64,000 bases of DNA from an uncultured Bacilli bacterium (lineage in GTDB: Bacteria; Bacillota_I; Bacilli_A; RF39; UBA660), in NCBI GenBank assembly GCA_963931685.1, contig OZ007038.1, positions 746,940 to 810,939 on the forward strand. Direction: 5' to 3'. The position numbers were made by a program, and so were the translations under genes. The notes beneath the pieces were generated by a model that ran no database searches, was not told the origin of the DNA, and worked only from the letters and a program-made list of their open reading frames with translations. This document shows positions 35,450-45,887 of this stretch, piece by piece (position 1 is the first letter of the stretch; every line of letters starts with the position of its first letter).

Positions 35450-37504
35450 TTAGCGGGCGGTGGTGATGGTTAAGTCATTTAAATTTATTTTGACTGCACC
35501 ATCTTTTTTGGTAACCAAAATTTTACTATTTTTTAATTTATTCAAAGTTTCTTGGTGGGGGTGACCATATACATTATTTTTACCGGCCGAAATTAAAGAT
35601 ATCTTAGGAGATACTTTTTGAATGAACTTTTTTGAAGAACTAGTATTTGAACCATGGTGTCCTACTTTTAGTATATCCATTTTAGACAAATTATATGTAT
35701 TTAATAAATACTCTTCACTTTTATTTGAAGCATCTCCCATTAATAATATATTCTTATCTTCTATTTTTGAATAAATAATGAGACTATCATCATTTTCATT
35801 ATGAGTATTTAGGCCATTTAAAAATTCTAAGGTTGTGCTATTAATTTTAATACTTCCTTCTGAAATATTTGTGATTTTTCCTTGAAATATTTTTATAATT
35901 TTATTTTCTAATTCGTTATTTTTTTTATTTAAAATTATATTTTTTATTTTAAAGTTTTTAATTAAATTTAAAGTCATACCAGCATGGTCAAAATCACCAT
36001 GGGTAATGATTAGATAATCAAGTTTATCTATACCTTCAGCTTGCATATATGGGATTGTTATGTTTTTAGCAATGTCATAAGGCTCTTTGTCATCGTATGG
36101 TAATTCGCCACCTGTATCAATTAATATATTTCCTTTATTATGTTTTAATTTAAGTAAAAAAGAGTCTCCTTGACCAACATCGATCATTGTTAGTGAAGAA
36201 ACTGAATTTATATAATTTATGTTATGATGAATCATTAAAATTATAAATAGTATTAAAATATTGTTTTGTCCTTTTTGCCATTTATATAATATTATTGTTA
36301 TTACTATATAGTATATGATAAAAATTAAAATATTTACATGGCATAGGCTTAGATTGAAAAAGTCAATACTAGATATTTTTAAAGATACATTTTCCATAAC
36401 ATTTATAATATTTAAAAAAATAATATCTAATGGTTTAAAAGCAAAAGTTATAAGGGCAAGTGGATAGATTATAAAAGTCATTAATGGGACAAAATATAAA
36501 TTAATTATTGGAGATAATAAGTTTAATTTAAAGAAGGTATTTATGATTATGGGAGCAGATGAAAAGAATGCTATTAAAGAAATAACTAAGGTTTTAGAAA
36601 AATAATTTTGATATTTATCTATAAGGGTTTTAAATAATATTAGATAAAAAGAAACTGTGAATGAAAGAACAAAGCCTAGACTATAAATAATAAAGGGATT
36701 TATAATTAAGGTAAAACAAGCTGTTATTATAAGTATGAAAATAGTATTTAATTTTAAATCAAATTGTTTATTGATGGTTAGGATGATAAAGAAGATTGTG
36801 GCTCTTATAACTGAGCTTTGAAAGTTTGTTATAAATAGATAGATTAATAAAAAAATGATGGTTATTAGATAAGAGGTATTTTTTGAAAATATTTTATTAA
36901 ACAGAAACAATAATATGGATGAGAATAAGGTTATTTGGGCGCCAGATATGGCTAAAAGATGAGTTATGCCATTGGTTTGATAACTATTTTGAATATTTTC
37001 GTTTATTTCATCATCGTTACCTAAAACTAAAGCGTTTAAGTATGGTTTTGATTGATAATTTTCTATGTGCTTATTTAAAGTATTTTTTATTTGGTATATT
37101 AATGGGATATTTTGGTTTGTTACTTCAATTTTATCAGCTTGGAAGATATAATTTATTTTTTGAGATAATAGATAATTTTTATAATTAAAAAGATAAAAGT
37201 TAGTGTTTTTTTGCGGCTTTTTTATTTCTCCTTTTGCTATTATTGTTTGTCCTAACCTACAATTAAAATTGTCATAATAATTTATTAAAATATTTTCTTT
37301 ACCTTTGATTTTTATGGTTGTTTTTTCTTCTGTTTTTTTACACTCATATATTATACCGGTAATTTCTGTTTCATCTTTGGAGTATTTACTTGGCGCGGGA
37401 TTTAAAATATTAAAAATTACATATAAAATAGTTATTAAGATTATAGCAAAAACAATTATATTAAACTGTGATATTATCTTTGATTTTTTCATAAACACTA
37501 TCAC
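35450..37504 (-). CDS. comEC: DNA internalisation competence protein ComEC/Rec2
   Basis: 684 aa. Polytopic competence domain plus a C-terminal metallo-beta-lactamase domain (DVGQGDS, HGDFDH, VGHHGS). The start may be the internal MKKSK codon. Confidence 0.9.
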   Translation of the reverse strand: MIVFMKKSKIISQFNIIVFAIILITILYVIFNILNPAPSKYSKDETEITGIIYECKKTEEKTTIKIKGKENILINYYDNFNCRLGQTIIAKGEIKKPQKNTNFYLFNYKNYLLSQKINYIFQADKIEVTNQNIPLIYQIKNTLNKHIENYQSKPYLNALVLGNDDEINENIQNSYQTNGITHLLAISGAQITLFSSILLFLFNKIFSKNTSYLITIIFLLIYLFITNFQSSVIRATIFFIILTINKQFDLKLNTIFILIITACFTLIINPFIIYSLGFVLSFTVSFYLILFKTLIDKYQNYFSKTLVISLIAFFSSAPIIINTFFKLNLLSPIINLYFVPLMTFIIYPLALITFAFKPLDIIFLNIINVMENVSLKISSIDFFNLSLCHVNILIFIIYYIVITIILYKWQKGQNNILILFIILMIHHNINYINSVSSLTMIDVGQGDSFLLKLKHNKGNILIDTGGELPYDDKEPYDIAKNITIPYMQAEGIDKLDYLIITHGDFDHAGMTLNLIKNFKIKNIILNKKNNELENKIIKIFQGKITNISEGSIKINSTTLEFLNGLNTHNENDDSLIIYSKIEDKNILLMGDASNKSEEYLLNTYNLSKMDILKVGHHGSNTSSSKKFIQKVSPKISLISAGKNNVYGHPHQETLNKLKNSKILVTKKDGAVKINLNDLTITTAR

Positions 37505-38123
37505 CTATACCTGATACATTTTTAATATCTTCGGTAGTTTTAAAATTACCATTTTTGTTTCGGTATTCAATAATAGCATTCGCTTTAGCTTCACCAATTC
37601 CTTCTAAGTTTTGTAATTCTTCAGAGGTTGCTTCATTAATGTTTATTTTTTCAGTGGTTTTAGTTTCTTCTGTTTCTTTTTCTAATTTAGCTTTTTCGTC
37701 TTCTTCTTTTATGCATGCATTATTACATGGTGGACATTCTATTTTATTTTCTTCATTCATTTTTTCTATTTCTGTTTTAGAATAAATAATAATAACCATT
37801 TCATCTTCTAATTTTTTACTTAAATTAATATTACTTGTATCACTTGCTTTAGTAAGACCTCCTGCTTTATTAATAGCATCCATAACTGTATTATTTGTGG
37901 TTAATTCATAAACGCCTGGTGTGATTATTTCTCCTTTAATATCAATTAATACTTTATCATCTTTTGTTTCTTTTTTTTCTTCTTTTTTAGTTACTGTTTC
38001 TGTTTTTTGCGTTTTCACTTCTGTTTTAGTTTCAAAATTATATGTGTCATAAACTGTATATAGAGTAAATAGTATAAAAATTAAGATAAATATTTTTCCT
38101 TTATGTTTGTTTAAAAATTTCAT
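37461..38123 (-). CDS. comEA: competence protein ComEA (SLBB plus helix-hairpin-helix)
   Basis: ORF-track 37461..38147. AGAGGTGA precedes ATG 38123 (MKFLNKHKGK). C-terminal NINEATSEELQNLEGIGEAKANAIIEYR...VSGIGDSVYEKIK. Confidence 0.85.
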   Translation of the reverse strand: MKFLNKHKGKIFILIFILFTLYTVYDTYNFETKTEVKTQKTETVTKKEEKKETKDDKVLIDIKGEIITPGVYELTTNNTVMDAINKAGGLTKASDTSNINLSKKLEDEMVIIIYSKTEIEKMNEENKIECPPCNNACIKEEDEKAKLEKETEETKTTEKININEATSEELQNLEGIGEAKANAIIEYRNKNGNFKTTEDIKNVSGIGDSVYEKIKDNITV

Positions 38124-38172
38124 TTTTTCACCTCTATATATTAACATACGACAAAAAAATAAAAATTCCTTT

Positions 38173-39348
38173 TTATTTTGGAATTTTTATTTTTTTATTT
38201 TTACTTTCAATAGCAACTCTTTGAACTATTGATAAAGTAGCAATTAATGATAATACAAAACTACCACCATAACTTAAGAATGGGAGTGGAACTCCCGTTA
38301 ATGGGATTAATCCAAACATACCACCTAAGTTAATAAATATGTGAATGAATATATAACTTATAATACCAACGCACATATACCTTCCTCTTAGAGTAGATGA
38401 TTTTGCGCCTATGACAGCTATTCGATATAATACTACACCATATAATATAAAAATAAAAATTGTTCTATAAATACCATATTCTTCGGCTATTATAGCAAAT
38501 GCAGAATCGGTATGGGGTTCTGGAATATATGAATATTTTTGTTTACTTTTACCAATACCTAATCCCCAAAGTCCACCATCATTAATAGCAATATAACTAT
38601 TACATACTTGATAACCTCCGTTTTCATAGTTACCACATGGATCTAAGAATGAAGTGAAACGACTTATACGGGCATCATTCAATATATATCCTTGAACACT
38701 ATACATGACTAATAAAGCCAAAGCTCCTAGGGCCACCATCAACAGAAATGTTTTTATTTTATCAACTTTTAAAATCGGACTAGAAAGGAACATCATGAAG
38801 ATTATAAATAAGATTATTAAAAGTGTTCCAAAATCTTTTTGCAGAACAATTATAGCAGGTATAATCATGGCAACAAAAATCATAGTAGCTATTGTGTCAT
38901 AATGTTTGATATTTAATGTTCTTAGTTTTCGGTAATTTTTTTCAAACATGATAGCTAATAATGCGATTATTATTGGTTTTGAAAATTCACTGGGCTGCAG
39001 TTTAATAAATTTTAGATCAATCCAGTTTTTTGATCCAGATAATTCTTCAAAGGTTAAAGCCCATAGATTTAAAGCAATTACAGCAACAAATAAAATTGGA
39101 ACTATTAATTTATAATATTTTGTATCCGTTTTTATAATAATTAAACCAGCTATTAATCCTAAAATTATGAAGATTAACTGTCTATAAAAATAATAATAAA
39201 TCGATACATCATAATTTACTACGGCCGCTCTTGAAGAGGCGGTTACAATGTTTAAAAGTCCAAATATAAATAGAGCTGCAGATGCAATTAATAATGGTTT
39301 ATCTAAATCTTTAAGTAATTTCCCTAAAGATTGTGTTTTTTGTTTCAT
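38173..39348 (-). CDS. FtsW/RodA/SpoVE-family peptidoglycan glycosyltransferase
   Basis: 391 aa, about 10 TM helices. Conserved blocks PSEFSKP, PEPHTDSAFAII and TGVPLPFLSYGGS. Confidence 0.9.
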   Translation of the reverse strand: MKQKTQSLGKLLKDLDKPLLIASAALFIFGLLNIVTASSRAAVVNYDVSIYYYFYRQLIFIILGLIAGLIIIKTDTKYYKLIVPILFVAVIALNLWALTFEELSGSKNWIDLKFIKLQPSEFSKPIIIALLAIMFEKNYRKLRTLNIKHYDTIATMIFVAMIIPAIIVLQKDFGTLLIILFIIFMMFLSSPILKVDKIKTFLLMVALGALALLVMYSVQGYILNDARISRFTSFLDPCGNYENGGYQVCNSYIAINDGGLWGLGIGKSKQKYSYIPEPHTDSAFAIIAEEYGIYRTIFIFILYGVVLYRIAVIGAKSSTLRGRYMCVGIISYIFIHIFINLGGMFGLIPLTGVPLPFLSYGGSFVLSLIATLSIVQRVAIESKNKKIKIPK

Positions 39349-39491
39349 AACTCGCCTCCTATTCTTATATAATCATAGCATATTCTTGTCCCTTTTACCA
39401 TATTTGATTTTTAAAAAATAAAATTAGGTGTTTTTAATATACGGTTTTTGACTTTGACATAGACTATATTAGAATAGATAGGAGGTATTAT

Positions 39492-39653
39492 ATGTATTAT
39501 TATGGTGGGTATCAAGGCTATGGCTGTGGCAACCCTTGTGGTGGATATGGTTATGGCGGAGGATACGGATCAGGTTATGGCGCAGCAATCGTATTAGTTC
39601 TATTTATTTTACTTGTAATAATTATCGGAGCTAGAGCTTGTGGTAATCATTAA
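39492..39653 (+). CDS. YjcZ-like tiny Gly/Tyr-rich membrane protein (sporulation-associated family)
   Basis: Read by eye. GGAGG precedes ATG 39492. MYYYGGYQGYGCGNPCGGYGYGGGYGSGYGAAIVLVLFILLVIIIGARACGNH. Confidence 0.5.
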   Translation: MYYYGGYQGYGCGNPCGGYGYGGGYGSGYGAAIVLVLFILLVIIIGARACGNH

Positions 39654-39660
39654 TTAGAAA

Positions 39661-39694
39661 AGGCTGTATGTGAATATTCATATACAGCCTTTTA
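39661..39694 (+). terminator. terminator after the yjcZ-like gene
   Basis: AGGCTGTAT...ATACAGCCT hairpin (9 bp, inner palindrome TGAATATTCA) then TTTT. Confidence 0.6.
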
Positions 39695-39959
39695 CTTTAT
39701 TCTACAATTTGATATGGGGCTAACTCTGTTCCAACCCATTAATTTAATATTTGATGAGATGACGGCTAAAATGGCTAAAAAGTTACCTAAGCGTGCCGAT
39801 ATGTATAACAAGTAGTTTATATGACTGTTTTATGACAGTCTTTTTGTTTGACAATTTATGTATATAAGTTTATAATACGATTACTTTTAATTAATAAAAG
39901 ATTAGAAAAATAATTTTTTTAATCTAAATATGATAAAATAGTATATGGAGGTAATATTT

Positions 39960-40508
39960 ATGTTTAAACCTTTAAAAATATTAGATGAAAAAAACAAAAT
40001 TTTAAGACAACACAGTAAGGAAGTTAAGTTACCTTTATCTAAGGAGGATAAAGAAACAATTGAACATATAATTAAACATTTAAAATATAGTCAGATTGAA
40101 AAATATGCGGAAAAATATGACCTAAGACCTGGTATGGGACTTGCATTCCCACAATTAGGTAAACTGAAAAGGATTATTGTTTTGGTTTATGAATATGAAG
40201 AAGGCAAATTTCAAAATTATGTAATTGTAAACCCTAAAATAATTAGTCATTCTGAAGAAATGGTAGCTTTAGAGACTGGTGAAGGATGTTTGAGTGTTAA
40301 TAGAGAGGTTGAAGGACATGTTCCAAGATATGCAAGAATTACAATTACTGGATATGATCCTGATGGAAACAAGGTTACTTTTAGGGCGCGTGAGGATTTA
40401 TCTGTTGCTTTCCAGCACGAAGTTGATCATTTAGATGGCATTTTATTTTTTGATAGAATTGATAAAAAGAAACCTTTCTTTGATGAAAATGAGATAAGAT
40501 TAATTTAG
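39960..40508 (+). CDS. def: peptide deformylase
   Basis: ORF-track 39945..40508. GGAGG precedes ATG 39960. Motifs GLAFPQLG, EGCLS and QHEVDHLDG. Confidence 0.95.
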   Translation: MFKPLKILDEKNKILRQHSKEVKLPLSKEDKETIEHIIKHLKYSQIEKYAEKYDLRPGMGLAFPQLGKLKRIIVLVYEYEEGKFQNYVIVNPKIISHSEEMVALETGEGCLSVNREVEGHVPRYARITITGYDPDGNKVTFRAREDLSVAFQHEVDHLDGILFFDRIDKKKPFFDENEIRLI

Positions 40509-40517
40509 GAGGATTTT

Positions 40518-42248
40518 ATGAAAAAGATAATTGCAAAATACGTTATATTAATTGTAGTTACTTTTGCAGCGTCAATTTATATATACCAATATGTTATGAG
40601 TAACAAATCAATTGATACAGAAACTGATATTCTTTATCAACAGTCACAAACTGAAAGTCAGATTTTAAGTAATACTAATTATACTATTGATAATCCAAAT
40701 ATTATTTTAAATCCTTATGGAAATTCTCCATTATCTGCTTTAGTTGTGTTTCAGACTAAAGATTTAACAACGTCTACAGTTACAATTAAAGGCAAGGATG
40801 GGGCGGATGATTTAAAACATACTTTTACTCCTACTAAAGTACATATTTTACCAATTTATGGACTTTATGCCGGATATGACAATAAGGTTGTAATTGAAGC
40901 TAGTGGAATGGTTAAAGAGATTACTATTACAACTTCTCCTCTACCCGATGATTTTTCGAAAGTGACTGATTTATCTAATAGTGGTTTTGATACTAAAGAT
41001 TTTTATTTTACAACACCTGAGGACATTGGTTATACGGCTGCTTATGATAATGATGGTGAGGTTAGATGGTATTTAATTGGAGATTATAAATGGGATATTC
41101 AAAGGCTTAATAATGGTCATATATTACTTAGTAGTGATAAGATTTTAAGGAAAAAAAATAGTATTGGTTTAATTGAGATGGATTTACTTGGTAAGGTTTA
41201 TTATGAATATGCGGTTCCTGGTGGATATCATCATGATGTGTATGAACTTAATAATGGTAATTTACTTTTAGCTTCTAATAAATATGGCAGAGGCACTACT
41301 GAAGATATAGCTGTCGAGATTGATAGAGCTAGTGGGGCTATTGTTAAAGAGATTGATTTATATAAGATTTTACCTGGTGAAAAGAAAAATAACTGGTTTG
41401 GTATGAATTCTATTAATTATGATGTAAATACTAATTCTATTACTATTTCTGGATATAATGGCAATATGATAGTCAATTTAGATTATTCTACTTTAGATAT
41501 TAACTGGATTATTGCGGATGAGGATAAGGTTGATGATAAATACAAGGAATATTTATTAAAGGTTCAAGGTGATATAGATTATCCTAATAAACCAGAGTCA
41601 GTTAATTTACTTGATAATAATAAATTAATTTTTGCAAGTACAATTAAAAATAAGAAACATTTATTAACATATCAAATTGATTATTCTAATAGAAGTGTTA
41701 AAGAGTTACATGATTTTGAGTTACCTAATGATGAAGAGACATATTTAGAAGTTATTGGTGATAATGATTATGTCATTACTCAAGGACATACTATTTATGA
41801 AATTTACGATAATAAAAAGGTTATCAGTATGAATGTAAATTCTACTTTATATAATACTAAGAAAATGAGCTTATATGCGAATGATGTTTATACTGGAGTT
41901 CAAGGTGTCAGACTCGGAAGTTTGGGCGAGTCTGCAACGGTTAAAAACCATTTACTATTAACAGCTAAAACAGATGATTCTATTTTAGATAAGTATAAGA
42001 TTACTTTATACAAAGATGTTTTTGGTTTAAAGGTTAAAGGTACTTTTAAAGCAAGTGATGATGTTGAAATTATTTTAGACAATGTTTTAGATAAGAAAAC
42101 TTATGTAATACTTGATGGTGAAGATTCAAACAAAAAGGTTACAACTTCGCGTTATATTAGTGAAGATGGTATTAAAGGTAAATATTATATATACTTAAGA
42201 ATAAATGGTACTATTTATAAATTAAGTAAATATGTGTTATTCTATTAA
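40518..42248 (+). CDS. arylsulfotransferase (ASST)-like beta-propeller protein, membrane-anchored (paralog 2)
   Basis: 576 aa. N-terminal TM helix, then ILNPYGNSPLSALVVF and GGYHHDV. Same layout as 12820..14433. Confidence 0.6.
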   Translation: MKKIIAKYVILIVVTFAASIYIYQYVMSNKSIDTETDILYQQSQTESQILSNTNYTIDNPNIILNPYGNSPLSALVVFQTKDLTTSTVTIKGKDGADDLKHTFTPTKVHILPIYGLYAGYDNKVVIEASGMVKEITITTSPLPDDFSKVTDLSNSGFDTKDFYFTTPEDIGYTAAYDNDGEVRWYLIGDYKWDIQRLNNGHILLSSDKILRKKNSIGLIEMDLLGKVYYEYAVPGGYHHDVYELNNGNLLLASNKYGRGTTEDIAVEIDRASGAIVKEIDLYKILPGEKKNNWFGMNSINYDVNTNSITISGYNGNMIVNLDYSTLDINWIIADEDKVDDKYKEYLLKVQGDIDYPNKPESVNLLDNNKLIFASTIKNKKHLLTYQIDYSNRSVKELHDFELPNDEETYLEVIGDNDYVITQGHTIYEIYDNKKVISMNVNSTLYNTKKMSLYANDVYTGVQGVRLGSLGESATVKNHLLLTAKTDDSILDKYKITLYKDVFGLKVKGTFKASDDVEIILDNVLDKKTYVILDGEDSNKKVTTSRYISEDGIKGKYYIYLRINGTIYKLSKYVLFY

Positions 42249-42277
42249 AAAGGCATTAGATTTTTGGTCTAATGCTT

Positions 42278-42703
42278 TTAATTTAAATTATTTTCATCAT
42301 AGCCTTTGGTTTGATAATTATTACCACATTTTAAATATGGTTTATATGATACTTTGGCTCCATCTTGAATAAACTCAACATATCCTGTACATTCTTTTTT
42401 ATCATTTGGATCAATAAGTTTATCTAAATATTTTTCTTTTCTAAGCATGGAATAACTTAAAGACCAAACTTCTGTTTCATTTGTATTACCTGAATATGTA
42501 TCATTTTGATATCTTTCAGCTGCTTTTTCCAAACTCTTTTCTAAATCTTCATAAGTTACTGTTTCTATTGTTTCATCAATTGTTTGATTTGATTCAGCAT
42601 TTTGAAAAATACTTTGAAATAATGCCATTATAATAATTAATGAGATAAATACAACTGAAATAATTATAATGAATTCTTTTATTCCAAAACCTTTTTCATT
42701 CAT
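42278..42703 (-). CDS. type IV pilin/pseudopilin-like protein
   Basis: 141 aa. N-terminus MNEKGFGIKEFIIIISVVFISLIIIMALF fits a prepilin leader: G, then cleavage, then F at +1, E at +5 and a hydrophobic helix. Confidence 0.55.
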   Translation of the reverse strand: MNEKGFGIKEFIIIISVVFISLIIIMALFQSIFQNAESNQTIDETIETVTYEDLEKSLEKAAERYQNDTYSGNTNETEVWSLSYSMLRKEKYLDKLIDPNDKKECTGYVEFIQDGAKVSYKPYLKCGNNYQTKGYDENNLN

Positions 42704-43356
42704 ATTCTCTTACCTTTCATTTTATCTATATTAAATCTATATAGAGTTCCTGGTCTACCACTACCCTTTGATGTTTTGAATCCTGTATCAATTACTAATT
42801 CTTGATTGACAAATTTTTTATGAAAGTTACGTCTATCAATTGGTTTACCTAATACGTTTTCATAAAAGTTTTGTAATTCTGGTAAGGTAAAGTCACTTGG
42901 AAAGAATGACAAAAACATATCATTATAATTAGATACAATTTGTTTTTTTACTTCTTTAGATACTTTTTCAATTATTTCGGCATGGTCAAAACCTAATTTT
43001 GGCAATTCTTCTACATCAAACCAGGCTTTGTCATTATCTTCTTTTTTCATATCGGTTAGATTTTTATCGGTTATTGCAACAAAAGATACACCTATTATTC
43101 TATTATTTGGATTACGGTCTAAGTTACTAAATATTTTGTTTTGGAACATGACTGTTTCATTTAAATTTGTCATATTTTCATAGATTTTATGAGCGTTTTC
43201 TTCTAAAGTTGTTTGATTATCTAAAGGGGCACAAGGCAAAATCCAATATCCTTTATAAGGTTCGTCTTGTTTTTTCTTTAAATAAATTTTTAATTTTCCT
43301 TCATCGGCAGCATAGATAAGTACTATTGTTTCTAGAATATTATAATAGTTTTCCAT
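42700..43356 (-). CDS. NrtR-like regulator (degenerate Nudix domain plus C-terminal winged helix)
   Basis: 218 aa. N-terminal Nudix-fold pattern without a clear GX5EX7REUXEE box. The C-terminal ...RRNFHKKFVNQELVIDTGFKTSKGSGRPGTLYRF is typical of NrtR. Confidence 0.55.
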   Translation of the reverse strand: MENYYNILETIVLIYAADEGKLKIYLKKKQDEPYKGYWILPCAPLDNQTTLEENAHKIYENMTNLNETVMFQNKIFSNLDRNPNNRIIGVSFVAITDKNLTDMKKEDNDKAWFDVEELPKLGFDHAEIIEKVSKEVKKQIVSNYNDMFLSFFPSDFTLPELQNFYENVLGKPIDRRNFHKKFVNQELVIDTGFKTSKGSGRPGTLYRFNIDKMKGKRI

Positions 43357-43462
43357 AATATCACCCTTTGCGTCAAAATTTACGCATTATTATATACCGA
43401 GTTTATAAAATTGTCAATTTTACCTTATTTTCACTTATTATGTACTTTTTCTAGGTGATATT

Positions 43463-43954
43463 TTATTTAATCATTAGTTTATCATAGACGATGGCTAGAG
43501 CGTATTTGAAATTTTCGTTGGCTTCTATATTCATCATTAAATCATTATATTTTTCGTTTTCAATTGGGTAAGAGAAAATACATAAATCTTTAGCTTTAAC
43601 ATTCTTTTTTGTTCTTACAATTGTTTCTAGATTAGCTATATCAGCAGTTATAACATCATATTTTTCTGTATCTTTATATTTTAATATTTCTTTTATCATT
43701 AAAAAGGTAATTATACTATGGTTAAATTCTTTTTCAAAGTATTCATCTAACAATTTGAATTGATCACGGTAATCATTATAATTACTAATAAATGAATAAT
43801 CTTTATCATATATCATCATAACTAGTTTTACTAAATCATATTTTTTATAATTATGTTTGTTTATGGTATATTTTATAGCTTCATCTAAAATATCATAAAC
43901 TGGATTTTGAAATTCTAATTTTAATCTTTGGTTTAAAATATCTTCATTGGTCAT
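43463..43954 (-). CDS. hypothetical protein (163 aa)
   Basis: ORF-track ORF. No motif recognised. Confidence 0.5.
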   Translation of the reverse strand: MTNEDILNQRLKLEFQNPVYDILDEAIKYTINKHNYKKYDLVKLVMMIYDKDYSFISNYNDYRDQFKLLDEYFEKEFNHSIITFLMIKEILKYKDTEKYDVITADIANLETIVRTKKNVKAKDLCIFSYPIENEKYNDLMMNIEANENFKYALAIVYDKLMIK

Positions 43955-44023
43955 TGGTAATCCCCTTTTCTATTATTTACATTATAACAAATTTTAGGTA
44001 GAAAAAAAAGAGCGTTTAGGCTC

Positions 44024-45484
44024 TTAATTTATTTCAATTATTTTCATAGTATTTTCATTAGCGAGTATTTGAACGTCTACTTCGCTTAATTTTGAATAGT
44101 TATATATTTTGTTATCTTTTAAATTATTAATGAATTCTTTATACCTGTTTTTTTCATAATTATAGTTATCATTATAATTATAATTTAAAGAAATATAATT
44201 ATATGTGGTTTCACATTTATGTTTATCAGCACTATAGGTACATTCTTCATTAGGAAAGTTATATACTGGTTCATTATATATGTCAATATTTGCATAATCT
44301 TTAATATATGTAATGTTTAGCTTAATTTCATTATCTTTTAATGTGCTGTCAACTTTTTTATTGATATCACCATTTAAATAGTTATTAATGTAATAAGGTT
44401 TATTGGTGGTAAAGGTTTTAGTCATGGTTTCAGTTTTATAAGATTTTGGAGGTTCATTAATGTATTCAATGTTGGTTACCATGTCTATAAAAAATAATGT
44501 TCCAAACACGGTTATTATTAAGCCTATGAAAAATGGAATTATACTTACTTTTCTCTTTGAAAATGTTAGGTTGAAAATTAAATTAGTAAACCAGATGAAC
44601 ATTGATGATACGCCTAATAATAATAGTGTGAGTCCTAGCAAATTAATACCTTTAATCCAATAAAATATAGAAACTACTAGACCTATGATAGCAAAAACAT
44701 CAATACAGAATAAAGGAAGTAAGATAAACATAATTACCCATATTTTTAATATTAACATAAATACTGATCCAATGGTTGGTCCATTTCTTTGAATTATTTT
44801 AACTTCTTTATTTTCATATTCTTTTTTTGTTGTTTCTTCTTTTGTTTGTTTCAAATTATTTGTTTCTTTCGGTTCATTTTCTTTTATTCCCTCATTATTT
44901 TCTTTTTTAAAATACTGTTTAAATAAGGAAATAATTATTAACATTCCTATACTTAAGTAAAGGGCAATGAAAAGGATAAAAATAATGATTTTTATTAGGA
45001 TACTGAATGGTTCAATGAATGTTTCAGCGAAAGAGAATCCTAAATTTCCAAAGAATCTCAAAGGTATTGTTAATACAGCTAAAATAATTAGAGTAAAGAA
45101 TACTTTGATTATTATTTCAAAGGCAAGATTTAAATTCATTTCTGCGTCATTATTTCTAATGTTATCTGCAAAATCTCTAGTCATATCAGCTAATTTATTC
45201 GCACCTTTTTTTATTAGTTTTTCTCCTTCTTCAGTGAATTTACTAAAGCTACCATCTTTTTCTTTATATTCAGGATTTATTTTATAAGCATCTAGTATTT
45301 CACTTACGAGTTCATCTAGGTCACCAAAATCTTTAACTGCTTCTTCTTCTGTTTGACCATGTTTTACTTTTTCTTCTATAGTGGATTTATATTCATCAAT
45401 AATATCTTCTTTTTCTTTATCATTTAAAATAGATAATTCTTTTTTTAATTTTTCTAAAAACTCCTCTTTATTCATCTTTATCAC
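44024..45484 (-). CDS. DUF1700 (HAAS)-domain membrane protein, PadR-associated
   Basis: 486 aa. N-terminal MNKEEFLEKLKKELSILNDKEKEDIIDEYKSTIEEKVKHGQTEEEAVKDFGD is the DUF1700 pattern. Multiple TM helices. Overlaps the padR stop. Confidence 0.7.
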   Translation of the reverse strand: MIKMNKEEFLEKLKKELSILNDKEKEDIIDEYKSTIEEKVKHGQTEEEAVKDFGDLDELVSEILDAYKINPEYKEKDGSFSKFTEEGEKLIKKGANKLADMTRDFADNIRNNDAEMNLNLAFEIIIKVFFTLIILAVLTIPLRFFGNLGFSFAETFIEPFSILIKIIIFILFIALYLSIGMLIIISLFKQYFKKENNEGIKENEPKETNNLKQTKEETTKKEYENKEVKIIQRNGPTIGSVFMLILKIWVIMFILLPLFCIDVFAIIGLVVSIFYWIKGINLLGLTLLLLGVSSMFIWFTNLIFNLTFSKRKVSIIPFFIGLIITVFGTLFFIDMVTNIEYINEPPKSYKTETMTKTFTTNKPYYINNYLNGDINKKVDSTLKDNEIKLNITYIKDYANIDIYNEPVYNFPNEECTYSADKHKCETTYNYISLNYNYNDNYNYEKNRYKEFINNLKDNKIYNYSKLSEVDVQILANENTMKIIEIN

Positions 45485-45791
45485 TCTCCTTAATAAAATT
45501 GTTTACAGAATCACTAAATTCTTTCCAGGCATCTTTTAACTCTTTTAATCTACTTTGACCCAATACGGTAATTTTATAGTATTTTCTAGAGGGGCCTTCA
45601 GTTGATTCCATAAGATATGTTTCAAAATAATTTTCATTAGTTAATCTTTTTAGCAATGGATATATTGTTCCTTCGTTTACATCGACTACTTTAGAAACTT
45701 CTAATACTAGTTCATAACCATACATATCTTTTTTATTGACGGAAACTAAAACTATGAGTTCTAAAACTCCTTTTTTAAATTGTGAGTTCAT
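45468..45791 (-). CDS. PadR-family transcriptional regulator
   Basis: 107 aa. KGVLELIVL...MYGYELV...EGTIYPLLKRL...SRKYYKIT is the canonical PadR winged helix. Confidence 0.9.
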   Translation of the reverse strand: MNSQFKKGVLELIVLVSVNKKDMYGYELVLEVSKVVDVNEGTIYPLLKRLTNENYFETYLMESTEGPSRKYYKITVLGQSRLKELKDAWKEFSDSVNNFIKESDKDE

Positions 45792-45887
45792 AAATCACCT
45801 CTTCAATGACATTATATTCTAACTACCTTGCATTGTCAAGTACTAAATTATAAAAAGTAGTTAGGCTTTTGTCAACTGATATGAAAA

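Noticed and set aside
36919-38902. Antisense ORFs within comEC, comEA and ftsW/rodA (36919..37188, 37305..37514, 37555..37785, 38705..38902)
   Set aside because: Same reasoning: antisense to strongly supported genes with low-complexity hydrophobic translations.
39714-39827. 37-codon ORF as a real small protein
   Set aside because: No Shine-Dalgarno sequence and no recognisable family. Kept only as part of the low-interest orphan-unit finding.
44460-45287. Antisense ORFs within the DUF1700 gene (44460..44663, 44967..45287)
   Set aside because: Antisense artefacts of an AT-rich membrane-protein gene.
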